Shown in pieces: positions 12,161 through 25,667 of a DNA stretch of 64,000 nucleotides. Made by a program: the position numbers and the translations under genes. Below the pieces are notes generated by a model, which saw only the letters and a program-made list of their open reading frames with translations, was not told where the DNA came from and did no database searches. Positions within the stretch are counted from its first letter, which is position 1; each line of letters starts with the position of its first letter. This DNA comes from Cenococcum geophilum (lineage: Eukaryota): assembly GCA_050273025.1 (NCBI GenBank), contig CP158635.1, positions 29,388,001 through 29,452,000 on the forward strand, given 5' to 3'.

Positions 12161-13524
12161 CTAGTACTGTCTGCTAGCGTAGTATTAACTACGCTAAGGT
12201 TCTTACACTGGCGCCTTTGCGTTAGTGTAATGCTCCCGTCTTATATTAATTAAATAAGTCCTCCATTAAACTTAATTAGTGTATTAGCGGTTAGTTACTC
12301 TCGCTCCTTAGCTATAAATTCGGCCTTATATAATTCGCTTTGTTTAGCCTTTATAAAGGTATTATCTATAAGGAATAGTGTATTATTAGTCTATAGGCCA
12401 ACAATTCCGAAAGGCTTATCGCTGTAAAGTAAGTAGGGGTTGTATATGGACTGGTCCATTCGTAGCTAATTAATATAGTATAAATAGTAGGTCTTAAACC
12501 AGTGGTTTTTAGCTTTAGGTACACCGTAAAGTGGCTTTATAACCTTTAGAATGGAGTCCGTATTAATTCCTAGTTATTTATTTAGCTTATATAGTGGTCG
12601 TACATAGAACTCGCGGTTTAGGTTTATAGTAGACTGGACATAGGCTTATAAGATATCTTAAAGGTAGAGTTATATCTATAGTAGCATAGCGGCGATATAG
12701 AGAATTAGCCGCTGACTAACTCGTTAAATCGTTAGTAACTAAGTAAGGACTAGCTCTTTCTCTAAGTTATTATAGGCCTATATAATAAGTCGTGATTTCT
12801 TAAAGGCTTTATTAGTTCCCTTATTCTTAATCTCGTTAATAAATTATAAATTAAAAAGTTTAACCCCCTTTAGTATATCGTGTAGCTTAATAATCTTAAA
12901 GACGCCTTTCTTAAGTAGGCCTATAACCTCCTTTTATTATAAAGCGCTAAATTAGGTGTTACTATCGTTCTATAAGTAAATAGTAGTATTAGCTATATCT
13001 ACGGTATTATCGTCCTATAAGTAGATAGCGATATTAGCGATATCCGCGATATTAGTAATATCCGCAATATTACCCGTAAAAGCGCCTATATCTATTATAG
13101 CATCCGTAATAGCTGTGTCTATAACGGGCGTAAGTAATAGGTATTTGCGGGGGCGGCCTCTACCTCGCTTTAGCGGTAGCTATAGTTCAGCCTTAAGTAA
13201 TAATTAAGGTTCGGCTAGTAAAGGTACTAGTTTATCTAATTTAATAGACTCTTATAGTTTAACTAGGTCTTATAGGTCTAGTAGGTAGGGTTTTATAACT
13301 ATAGAGCGGAAGGTTATAGGTCTATTTAGTAGCTTTATAGTGCAGGTCTTACTATTAACGGTAAGTAGTATATATAGTCCGTCCTAATAACTACTTTAGC
13401 TAGTATTACCTTCTCTCTAGACTAAGACAGGCGAATTAGGTGAGAGGCCGTAAATGGCATTAGTTTATAGTCCGTTTCGCATATTAAAAGCATTAGCGAT
13501 TTATTGTTTAGCTTATAGCTTCTA

Positions 13525-16500
13525 TATAACGGAACCTTGTAGTAGGAACTACAATAGGTTCTGTCAATAGGCTAGGTGTGTAGGAAATGCAAAGATAGTA
13601 GTTAACAACGTAATAACAACTGGTGGAGTGGTTGCCTAATAGATTAACTCCAATTGTATTCTAAGAATTACTACAAGGAAGGAACTATCTAGGTAGGGAC
13701 TAAGGGTCCTTAAATACACAACTATACTCCTATAAAATCCTTCTTATACGTAATATACGTCTTATATATAAGGTATATAAGTTCCACTTGTTCCTCTTAT
13801 TTAATATATAGCATATTATATAACCTTGGCTACTATTCCTTATTATATGGCTCTACCGGATCCATTCTGGACCGTGCCTAAATTAACTAACTAGCTTCTT
13901 CTAACTCCTCTCCTAGTAGTCGTAATATCGTACTTAAAGCGTCCGTAACACTATCTCTCTCCTCTTTATCTTCGTCCTTGAAGATTCTTAATATCTCTAA
14001 GTTGTTTACTAGAGGTGTAATATCTATCTAATTAATTTGGTTGACCTTATTACTTATTATACCTAAAGTAACTTCTTCTTTACACGCGCAACATCGTGCT
14101 CGCACTATTACTGCAATATTATCTCTTGGTGAGATTATACTATCTCCGTGTTCTCGTTATGCGAAAGAGGGGTTAGTTTACGTTACGTTGGCAAGTCCTT
14201 CCTTATAATAACCATTCTCTTGCTTAGAGTGCACTAAAGCAAATATTCGTTCGTCCTATAACGTTCGCTCTACCTTTAATACTAAGTATGCGCGACCTAT
14301 TACCCTTAATAGTTGTCTGGTTCCCTAATCAATTTATCTTAGGGTCTTATGTTTAATCTACTGCTGTATAACTAGATAGTAAACTGTCTTAAGCCCTTGC
14401 TAAGTTAGAATGTTCTTATAATGCGGAATAGAAGGCCCTAGATACTCGCATTGCGGCGTCTACTTAATTACTTCGCCTTAAGAAGGTTTATAAAAAGGTC
14501 CGTTTTAAAGAGTAGAAACTTATAAAATAAGGTCTTTAAGAACTAGGTAATAAGAGAACTAACTCTCCTCCTATAGTGAAGGGAATAACTCTAAGTAGTT
14601 TAGTAGTCGCTCTTCCTAGGTCCCCCTTAGGTAACTTATTTTTTAATAATCCTTCTTTATTAATATTACTTAACCTATTTTCTTCCAATACTCCTATACC
14701 TTTTCTATAGCATTCTTTAAATTTTCTAGTAGCTCCCAGGTAGTCTTAGTGTAGCCTATCCACTTAACCTTATACTATGTTTTATCGTCTACGTCCTTAT
14801 AACTAACGATCTTTAAAACTTACTATTTGTCTTCTTCTCGTCCTCTATACGTGTCTGCCTTGTAGATTAGTAGCTTAACATTCCTATATACTAGCTCTAG
14901 CATTACAATATGCTATATAGGGTAGATCTTTATTTTAGCTGGTAGGTTTAACTTAAACGTAACCAGTGAAATTTTCTATATAATTTTAAAAGGTCCTAGT
15001 CTGACGTGGTCCAACTTCTTACTTAGTCGTTAACTTTTGAAATTTTTATATAGTAGCCATACTTTATCTCCCTCCTTAAGATCTAGTCCCTTAGATCTCT
15101 TAGCGTCGTAGTACCTTTTTATTCTTTACTGTACCACCTTAGCTGTTTCTATAAGGTTTGCATAAAGATTTATTAAAGTCTCCATTCTTTACTTAGCTTT
15201 ACTACTTGTCTTCTTTACTTAATATAGCGATAATAATGTTCTTAGCTCGTATCCATAATTCGCCTTAAATAGTAACATACCTATTCCTTCTTATGGTGTT
15301 GCATTATATGTAAACTGTGTAACTAATAATAGTAATACCTAATTGTTTTATGCGTAATTAATATAATGCCTTAGATACTGCTCTAGTGTCTAGTTTAATC
15401 TTTCCGTTTAACTATTTATCTGCGGATAATATATGGTGGAAGTTACTACTTAAACTCCTTGCTCTACTAAGAATACTTCCTAGAATGCTACTATAAATCT
15501 TAGATCTCTGTCCAATATGATCTTACTTAGTACTTTATGTTTTATAAACACTTCCTTAATATAGATTCTAGTAATATCTTCTACTAATATTTCTTCTAAA
15601 TATGCTATAAAGTATCCCTACTTTATAAGCTTGTCTACTATTACTAAGATTGCGTTGTAATCTTGTCCGGTAATAGGATCTCTTAATTTTAGCAACTTAA
15701 TAATAAAGTCCTATAATATGACCTCCTATGGTCTCTCTAGTGTTTTAATAGGTTATAACCCTTTATACGGCTTATACCTTATTAGTTTATTCCTTTAGTA
15801 ATCTGGATATTCTTTAATAACCCTTCTAGCTATCCTCTAGATTCCATTAATAATATACTCCTCCTAGAGTCTTAACACTAAGCCCGTAGCTCCGTTGTAT
15901 TTTTAAGTTAGTCCCTTATAGAAGTCTTCCACGAACTTCTCTGCTATGCTTCTTAGGATATACTTTACTTCTTAATTTTTGTATATATCTATCTATAGAT
16001 CTTCTAGCTATGCTTCTAGAATTCTTTATACCTAAAAGCTTTTTAGTGTCTTGTAGACCTTTTCTAACTTATTCTCTTAAGTTACTGCGATTTTTAGATA
16101 ATTATACCTAATTAGTCTATCTATGTCTTTTCGCAGTAAAGCCCCTAATAGCTTATTATTATTCTATAGTTTAGCTTTTTAACTTAATGTATTGGCTCGC
16201 GTGTTATCTATACCCTTAGTATACTAAATCTTAAAATAGTATTCTATAAGCATCTCTGCCTATCTAACCTATCTTTAATTAAGTTCCTTTGTCGTTAGGA
16301 ATCCTGTTAAGTTCTTATAATCCGTTTTAACTATAAATGGTTTTTCTATGCCTTATAAGAACGCTCTCTATTCCTTTAGTGCTATAACTATACCTAATAA
16401 CTCCTTATTATAGATGTTATAGTTTAGCTCTGGTAATATTATTTTCCAACTATAATATACCACTGGATGCCATCTATCTAGATACTTTTATATAAAATAT

Positions 16501-19500
16501 ACTCCTAGTACAAAGTCTAATATATCTGTTTCTATAACCGTTTCTAGTCCTAGTTGGTAAATCTTAAGAACTGGCTCCTAGGTAAATAACTCTTTAACTT
16601 TCTTAAAGAGTTCTTATTGTTCCTCTCCCCATGCCCATAGTTCTTCTTTCTTTATTAGTTATATAAACGGCTTAATATCCTTTAACCATTAAGCTATAAA
16701 CCTTCTGCAGTAATTATAAAACCCTAGGAACAATCTTAACTGCGTAATATTCTCTAATTCTTACCAATTTACTATGGCCTTAATCTTCTTTAGATCTATG
16801 CTAAGTTAGCCTAGTTTAATAATAAATTTAATAAAATCGGTCTTCTTAGTAAAGAACTTGTATTTCTTAATTACTACTAGCATCTATTCTTCTTATAGTC
16901 TCTTTAAGACCCATTTAACGTGTTCTCCATGTTCTTCCTTACTTATTAAGTAGATGATAATATTATTAAGGTATACTATAACAAATTCATCCAAATGTTC
17001 TCCTAATATATTATTAATACGCTTTTAGAACATTGCTAGTGCGTTTATAAGCCTAAATTGCATAACTAATAGCTTATATAGTCCTTCCTTTAACCTAAAG
17101 GCTGCCTTTTATTTGTCGCCTTTCTTAATCCTAATCTAATGGTACGCCTATCTTAGATCTATCTTCGTAAAGATTTGCGCATTGCCTATCCTATCTTAGA
17201 TTTCGCTAATTAAGGGTAAAGGATACCTATCCTTTCTAGTGATGCTGTTTAACTATCTATAGTTGATATATAGCCTTAGTTTGCTATTCTTTTTTAGTAT
17301 AAACAGTACTAGATAACCCGCTAATGACTACGATAGTCTAATATATCCCTTTTATAAGTTTTCTTAGATAAACTCTTTTAGTGCTCTACCTTCTTCTTCG
17401 GTAAGCTTATAGATTGGAAAGAACCTTAGACTTATTCCTAGTTCTAATTCTATTTTATAGTCCTATACTATATACTCTAATAGCTTTTTACTCTTAGGTG
17501 ACCATAGTTCCTTACCATACTTATAGTATTTTTTTGGTATATAGCTTAGTCCTTTTTCTATTTCCTCGTAGGTTGCTCCTACTTAGTACCATACTAATTT
17601 GGCTTATTGTTGTATTTTATGGCGTTGTGTATCTCTAATATTAACCTAACCTATAACCCAATTAATCTTTAGATTATATTCCTGTAACTAAGGCATTCCT
17701 AGTACTGCCTTATTATTCCCTAATGGTAATATATTAAAAGATATCTTAACTTGTCTTCCTTTAATGGTTAGCTAAATAGGTCCTATTTTAAGATTAATAA
17801 TGCCTCCTCCATAGGCTATTAGATCTCCTAAAATTATTACTAATAGGTAAGAACGTTCCTTCTGTCTATATAGTAACCCTATTCTTTTAACTACTGCTAG
17901 TAAGATATGGTTCCTTATTACTCCACTATCTATTAATGCCTTAAACTATTAATCTTGCTATTTAACTTATAAATTTAGGTGTTGTCTTTAAATTCCTTTA
18001 AGGGTTTAAGGCTCTACTACTAGCTCCCTTTAGTCCTATGGGCCTCTACTTTTCCTAACTACTAGCTGCTAGATCCTGTTTATACTTAGTCCAACTTAGG
18101 CTAATACTTAGTTCGCTTTTTGTCTTTAATATACTATAGATAGGTATTCTCTAGATATTCCTACTATTGTTATCTATCTAGGCATTCTTCCGTAAGGAAT
18201 CTTCCTGGTTAAAGTATTAAGTCCCCTTATTCTTAAACTTCTACTAGGTGCCAACTATATATGTATTTAGCGTTTTAATATTTTACCTCGTCCGTTATCC
18301 AATACATCCTTATTAAATACTTCTAATTTTTGTCCTTTGGTGCTCTATGTATATTACACGCATTATTTACACATACTATTTACGATAGGGTATAATATAC
18401 TTAGTGTCTTAGGTTAACTCTTGGCTTATCTTTATCCTTAAGTTTAAACCTTTCTTGTGTTAATCTAAGCGTTGCGACTTCGTTTACGGGTACTAAAATT
18501 TACCTTTTACTTCTCTAGTCCTCCAATTACTTCTCTAAATCCTTTAATATTATAATTAAGGCTCCCTTAATATAAGTTATAGCCTTTTCTGTAATTAGGT
18601 GGTCTTAGATAACTTTTTCGTCTAACCACATATAGAAATCTTCCTACTTATTATTATGTCGTTGCCTATACCACTTTTAGTATAGCTACTTAAGTATATA
18701 CGGCTCGTCCGTAAGGAAATATCTTTTTATTACTACGTTATAACAGCCTTTAGTATATTATTCCTTAAACCTAGTAGGAATCCCTAGATTCTCTTTTTAT
18801 TCCAGTTTAGTAAGCCACTTAGCTCTTAGTATGCCTACTCTAGGCCTATTAGTAATTCTTTATATTAGCGCTCTGTCCCTTATACGTCCTAATATACTAG
18901 ATCTCTTATCTAGTTTCTATTCTTGCCATGAGGTAATTCTTACCCTAAATTCCTCTATGGTTTCCTTTATATCGCGTCTTATAAGTAGATCCTTAAAGTC
19001 TTCGTACTTCTTAATCTTAGTATTAACTTTTCGATCTTTAGGCTAAACACTATATTCCCCTAGTAAGTCTTTTAGGTCTATATATCTATCTCCTAGTCTG
19101 ATTACTATTTACGCTATAGATTCTCTAATCTATAAAGAAGCTCCTTACCTCTTGCTTATAGGTGTCCTAATTCATGCTCCAAATTCTTAGTCCCTTAGAT
19201 TCTTTAATCCTAAGCTTGCTTTTATCTTAAGTTTAGCTCCTACCTTAGTCCAACTAGGCGTTACTAGTGTCCTTATCTTATCTTAAGAGTCCTAGATCTC
19301 ACTTATCTCATCTTAAAAGTCTTATACCGTTAGGAATTCTTGTCCTGAGCTCATTTATATGTCCTTAAACTAAGCTACTACTCTGCTCCATCGGTTTCTG
19401 TCCGTTATAGGTCTTTAAGCTTGCCTTATCTTATTTTAAGAATCTTAGTTATCTCTTATCTTATCTTAAGAATCTTAAGCCTTTGGCCTTTTACCTTTAT

Positions 19501-21556
19501 TAAGTGGTAAGCTAGCACTAGCAGTTATCTGCTTACTTAATTATCTCTAAATATTACTCCTTCCGTTTCGTAAAGCGATAGATGCCGTATCCAATGGTGT
19601 TATAATACCCGTTACTAAACCTTGCTTTATGGCGGTCTTAGTCTCTACTTCTATTACACTATTAAGGTTTAGATACCCCCAGTTAGTTCCTTTACTATCC
19701 TCGTCACTATTAATTAATAAGTACTCTAACTCCATTATTATTATTACTAATCATTATCCGTATATTACTGTAATATCTTAATCCAGCTTATAGAGTTGAT
19801 CTTATTCTTTATCTAACTCTTTAGTTCCTCTAAGTCCTTTTAACTCTAGCTCTTGTGGCCAATAGCTTACGCCATACTTAGCGTCTTTATAAATTTGGCA
19901 TGCGTTGTTGTAATAAAATATAAAACTTTTAATTAAACACTCTTTTGTTCCTTATAGTACACTATTATCCCTCTATACGTATATATTACATGCTATTAGT
20001 CTAGTTCCCTTTATTATATAGTAACTCTAACCATTTTTATAATCCCTTACGAAGTAACCTTATTTTCCGTAATTTATATAAGCTTCGTCTCTAAACCATT
20101 AACTTTATTATAGAGTCCGCCTAAATATCTTCTACTATTAAGATCCCTAGTTTGGCCTCTACTCCTTAGTCCTATAATCACTAGATCCTTAATCTCTAGG
20201 TTTCCATAGTTTCTTACTCTATCTCTTATAGGCTTTTTTGGTACCACTTAGGTCTATTAGCTTTGCGCTATACCATAGTTTCTAACTTAGCTTTAGTTAT
20301 TACGTACTCTACGTCTTATATAACTGTGGAACTCTATTCTGGCCCTTTTTAGCCTATTCCCTTTAGAAGATCCTATTATTGATCTTTATTACTTAATCTA
20401 TTAGTTCCCTTAGGGTATCCGCATCTTCTATTAGAATAATTACGTCCTAGACTTTAGCCTTAAGTCTTTATTTATACTTTGCTATAAGCGCCTTATTATT
20501 CCATTTAACCTATATTATAAGTGTTTAAAACTATATTATATACTTAATTACTAAAGTTCGCTATATTAGGTCCTAAAGCTTTCTCTTTACTATAGTCGTT
20601 GCTTCCAGGTCCCTAAATATCTATATTAATCGTTCCGCGAATCTTACCTAGCTAGAAAACATAAATCGTACCTCTTAATTAACAGTAGTTATTCTGTTAG
20701 TCTGTATTTCTATTAAGTAGGGTTTAAACTATTTAAGTGCCTAACCCGTTAGGAATAGTCCTGCGTAGGCTATCTAGTCTATTATTGTGGCTAACTTAGC
20801 CACTTTTTGTATGACTTTAAAATACATCTGCGTTAGAAATCCTTTAAGCTTTAATCTCTCTCCTAAGAATTGTTTAATTAATGGTAACTTAACCTTTACT
20901 GCTCCAATTCCATTAAGTCTGTTCTTAAGTGCTATATTATTTTCTATTAATTAATCCACTATTTCCTGTAATTGTCCTACTGTTATAGGTTGTTGCGAGT
21001 TAGTGTCCGCTATACTAATGTCACCCCCTAACCTTAAAGTAGTTGCCGCCGTTAATGGCGTTATAGTAGCTACTTTTGGTGGCATATTGTTTAACTTTCT
21101 ATATTTAATACTGTAACTAGGTAGTAATTGTGTAACGGAACCTTATAGTAGGAACTATAATAGGTTCTATTAATGGGCTAGGTGTATAGGAAATGTAAAG
21201 ATAGTAGTCAACAATATAATAACAACTGGTGGAGTGGTTGCCCAATAAATTAACTCTAATTATATTCTGAGAATTACTATAAGGAAGGAACTATCTAGGT
21301 AGGGACTAAGGGTCCTTAAATACACAACCGTACTCCTATGAAATCCTTCTTATACGTAATGTACGTCTTATACATAAGGTATGTAAGTTCCTCTCGTTTC
21401 TCTCGTTTAATACGTAGCATGTCATGTAACCTTAGCTACTATTCCTCATTACATAGCTCTACCGGATCTATCCTAGACCGTGCCTAAATCAACCAACTAG
21501 CTTCTTCCGACTCCTCTCCTAGTAGTCGTAACATCGTACTTAAAGCGTCCGTAACA
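13525..21556 (-). mobile_element. Full-length chromodomain-bearing Ty3/Gypsy element D, RIP-inactivated, nested in Copia B
   Basis: 426-bp LTRs at 13525-13950 and 21131-21556; TSD TTCTA at 13520-13524 and 21557-21561. Motifs: gag start MPPK ~21086, protease LIDSGA ~17920-17938, RT YLDD ~16962-16973, RNase H ETDASD ~16517-16535, integrase YHPQTDGQTER ~15400-15433, chromodomain YEVKWTGY..TWEP ~14730-14775. Confidence 0.95.
14059..14720 (+). pseudogene. Antisense, spliced Cys-rich / coiled-coil accessory ORF in the 3' region of Gypsy D
   Basis: RIP-reverted exon 1 MPKVTSS...PCSRCAKEGLVCV...CSECTKANIRSSCDV; donor GTATGC at ~14287; exon 2 ...RLLRLEKVRKKVRSKEQKLMERGLQEL. The 3' end is approximate. 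Confidence 0.7.
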
Positions 21557-24500
21557 TTCTAGATTTCTACTATTACTTTCTTAATAGCCGCAGCTCGCTA
21601 TATAACTAAAGGTAATAGCGCGTCCAATTTAACCATTTGGGGGTAGGCTCTAAAGACTAGGAGTATAGGGACTAGGCCTTCTAGGCTAGCCGTATTATTA
21701 ATGGCTTTAAAGGCTATTTATAGGGCCATCTCCTTGCTAATTTCAGGGATTTTAGTTATAATAATTTAGTAGGCTCATCGTAGCGGACTGTGGTAGCGTT
21801 TTACCATTTTAATAAAATTGTGTAATTCGACTGGAACTGACTTTATAGTTGCTCCTATAGTAGCAGCGTAGTGCTTAAACTCCTTACTAACAAAGTTCTT
21901 TTTAGCGTCTATAGTGATTAAGTCTAGTAGTCCTAAATAGCTATTAATCTAGTATATTTAAAGAACATCCTAAGTATACTTAGCGCTAATATCTTATAGC
22001 TATCTGCCGGCTTAAAATCAAGTTACTCTGTCGACCACGTATAGTAGGGGGAAGCCGCTAATATACATAATATCGACAATGATATTATAATTAAAATTAA
22101 CGTCGTCTTATAAGGTAAAGCGAAATCTACCTAGAGATCTACTATACTTCTAGTAGTAGTAGCAGAGTCTAGTTAGCTCTTTAATAGCAGATCTATTAGT
22201 ATCATGGCCGTGGCCAGCCTTATTAAGAAGCTTTTATAGTTTATTAACTAACGGGTAACCAAATCGACGGTATAGACGTCGTAGTTCTACATTAGTTAAG
22301 TAATAAGGGTTTATATTAAAAGACTTAACTAAATAAGACTATAAGGAGAAGCTCTATAAAAGAAATAGGTGGCTAAATTGTCTAATTACTGGCACCTTTT
22401 TAGTGCGAGTAATAATGACGTCCTTTAGGTTATCGTATTTAATATAGAGTCTATTTATATCTGCTAAGTAAAGTAGGAAAGGTGTATCTGCTTTAACGAT
22501 ATAGAATTATATCTTGCCTATAGGGCTGTTAACGTCTATAGTTCCGATAGACATAGAGGCTCCAATCCCAAATTAGATAGTTACTTAGCCCTTAGTTAAC
22601 GTGTTAAGACTTATAGACTTATCTACAGCCTATAGAGCTTAGAATTAACCATAGCTAGCTATAGACTTACATAAAGCACCTATATTAATTATAATTCCCA
22701 TAAAGACCGTTAAGGTATATTATAACGCTATAGCTGTAGCCATACTATAGGTAAATAGGTCGGTCTTTATATAAGGTTCTGTAGTAGACTCCGTAGTGAG
22801 TTTTAAAGCCGTAAGTAGGTGTATATAAGCCTTATTAGCTAGTTCTACGCTTATAGAGGTTGCTTTCTTTATAGTAAGTATTCTAAAGGTAGTAATATAG
22901 GTAGAACTATTATTAGGTTCTCCGGCATTGCTTTTAGAGTCGTTAGTATCGTATATATAGGCTTTAAAGTCTAAGTTATCCTCTTTATCTCTTTCGCAGG
23001 CGGCGACGTATTATTTAAAGTAGTTATTAAAGTTGCCCTTATTGCGGCCCTTAATATTAATAAAACGTCTCTTATAGTCGTCTCTAGACCGATTACGCTT
23101 CTCCTCTATATATTTCTATAAACGGCAGTCCTCCTTCTTACAGACATAGCACTTAGCCTTTAGTCTGCCGTTAGTTCTATAGGGGCGATTGCTACTATAG
23201 CAATTAGTGTTTCGGTCTTAATTTTGGTCATTTTAATAATATTATTAATCCGTAAAAAAGGCTTAGTAAGACGATCTTATTAAGGCTTATAGGGGGTATT
23301 CTTTTTCCCACGCAATAATGGAGAATTGTAGCTTACTAATTAACTAAGAAAGGTCTTTTAAAGGGTTAGAGACAGCGATACGGTATACTAGCACTCCCTA
23401 GTAAGTAATAACCAACTTATTTATAAGAATGCGGTTTATATAAAAGTCTAAATATAGTCTATAACGTTACTTTAGCAGTTTATCTATAAGCAGTTAGAAG
23501 TTCTAATAAATTAACTTATTAGGGTTCTCGTCCATAACTCCTTAAAGGGTCATACTATTCTACTCCGTAAGGTTCTTGCGGTAGTATTCTAGCCCTTTAA
23601 AGAACTGTTATATATAGTTATAGGCTTCCGTAAAAGGTCTTAACTTAAGGTTACTATTATAGTAGTAGTCCTAAGTAAGCCCTTTTAGTATACTAGGGAA
23701 TGCTACTATATAGCCTTCTGGTGGTAAGCTAGATCTCTTATAAATATTATAGAAGATAGTTAGCTTAAAGTTAAAGCTATCATTAACTCTATCGTACTTT
23801 TGGTCGTCTGTATAGATCTTTATAATTATAGCTACCTCCTTACTATATCTAGGTCCTTACTCCACACTAGGCACGGCTAGTTTAGGTAGTGTATATATAT
23901 ATAGCTACTGCAGCTGCTGCTCTCTTAGCTATAGTAGTTAGTTAATAAGAGCGTGGATTTAGTTATAATTAGAGGATTAAGGACTAGAAGGGGTAGTAGG
24001 GGTAGTAATTAGAGTAGCTGGCGGTGCAGTAATTAGAGTAGCTGGTAGTACGGCAGCTAGAATAGCTGGTGGAGTTAGTAGAGTAGCTAGTAGTGGGGCT
24101 AAAGATATAGTAAGCTTGTCTAAGGTTAAATTAAGTCAGTCTTACAGAGTTATTATAATTATTAGTTTTACCTCTGCAAGGGCCGCAATAAGCTCCTTAT
24201 CCGTCTATTTATAAAACTCTTCTTTATTAGCGACGTCCGTTAGCACCTTACTAAGGAAGTATCTCTTATCTTACTTAACAATATATACTCCTTTCTTAAC
24301 TAGGTATTAACGGATTCCCATTCTAGTATTAGATTGTACTTATTTAAAGGTCTCTAGCGTAAAGTTCTTAAAGTCTTCCTAAAACACTATCTATAATGCA
24401 AAGTCTATAAGGTTAGATTGTGTATATAGGTGCATCTTAGTCTCTATATACTCCGTTAGGTTATTATCCGTAGCCGTCTCTAGGTTAATTCCATAGCCGT

Positions 24501-24689
24501 ATTTAGTAATTCTTTCCTTCTAATTAATTTCTATATTGTCGTGTCTTTGTATATAAGGGTAGGTATAAGGGTAGGTATAAGGGTAGTTGTTAGTTTAAAG
24601 AAGTTAAGGTTTAAGGTAAGGATGTAAAGGTGTATATATGTCCTATTAACGAATCTACAGTTCTTAGACACTATAGACAATTCTTAGTA

Positions 24690-24935
24690 AAGATATGGTC
24701 CTCTAGGCGATCTAACACATTAACAGTTAAGTTAATACGTGGTTTCAAGCTTTAAGGATAACGTAGCTCTTTTTAAGTAAAGATACGATTCTCTAGGCGA
24801 TCTAACACATTAGTAAGCTAATACGTGGTCTTAAGCTTTAAGGGTAACGTAGTTTTCTCCTTTAACTAAAATAGGGCGATAGCTCTGCGATCTGACGCGT
24901 TAGCAGTTAAGCTAATACGTAGTTTTAAGCTTTGC
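24690..24935. repeat. Three degenerate ~90-bp repeats in the 5' UTR of Copia B
   Basis: GCGATCTAACACATTA...GCTAATACGTGGT..AAGCTTT recurs near 24707, 24798 and 24887. Confidence 0.8.
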
Positions 24936-24972
24936 TATTACGTATTTCCTAATCTATACGTCTACTGATCAG

Positions 24973-25142
24973 TATTAGTATACTCGCTTTATCAACGTGC
25001 ACGAATATCACTTGTAGTGGTACGTATGCGGTGTTAAAGTTGGTAGTTAATTGTTGTCTAGAAGTCAGGGGTTGCTCCGAGTCAGATTGGCTAGTCTCGC
25101 CTCGTAGTCTCGTGACTACGTTACGTGATTAACGTTCTGACA
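24973..25142 (-). repeat. 5' LTR of Copia B
   Basis: Direct repeat of 7319-7488, followed by TSD ATTCT. Confidence 0.95.
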
Positions 25143-25147
25143 ATTCT

Positions 25148-25518
25148 AAAAATAATAACCTTTACTAAATTAAAAATTATCCTTATCCTTAATAAGCCAT
25201 CTAATTAGATTTAATAGTTCTTTATTATTTAAGACATAGCCAAAATTAATGAGGTATAGCAGTATATCAACCTATCTAAGAAAGATAATCTTCTAAAGCT
25301 AGAACTATTAAGTCGGCCTATATTAAGGGATATACTACCCACAGCTATATTAATAGCAAAGCTAGACCTAAATTAGCTCACTGCTTATAACTAGCTCTAC
25401 GCTAAATATAAGGACGATTTACGCGTATACTAGAAGCAAAAACAGGCTATAAACGATATTAATAACTATATCGTTTGCACTATATCGGTAGTCTACCTTT
25501 CACTTATTAACAGCCTTA
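25148..25518 (+). pseudogene. gag N-terminus of an older Copia element into which Copia B inserted; its 5' UTR is at ~7175-7318
   Basis: RIP-reverted ...ILDKPSDWIQWFFIVQDTAKTNEVWQYIDPS... resembles fungal Copia gag. A GGTTAT PBS-like motif lies at ~7175 on the other side of the TSD. Truncated near 25518. Confidence 0.6.
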
Positions 25519-25667
25519 GTAGTTAGTTACATTAAATTTTTAAGGCGTCTTTACTACTGTAGTAGCCACTGTAGTGACAGAGACACCTTATATTTTAGTA
25601 AGCAATTAAGCCCATCTTATACGAGAATCTTATACTTATTAGTACTTACCAAATTATATACTTATAG

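Larger units (their letters stand above)
7319..25142 (-). mobile_element. Full-length GalEa-type Ty1/Copia element B, RIP-inactivated, hosting two nested LTR elements
   Basis: 170-bp LTRs at 7319-7488 and 24973-25142; 5-bp TSD ATTCT at 7314-7318 and 25143-25147; intact CTGATCAGT at 24964-24972 (minus). Motifs: gag knuckle ~23120-23150, protease IDTGA ~22675-22690, LHRRFGH ~22255-22278, RT FGIVGLQTDD ~12380-12412, RNase H NPADAMTK ~7803-7826. Confidence 0.95.
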
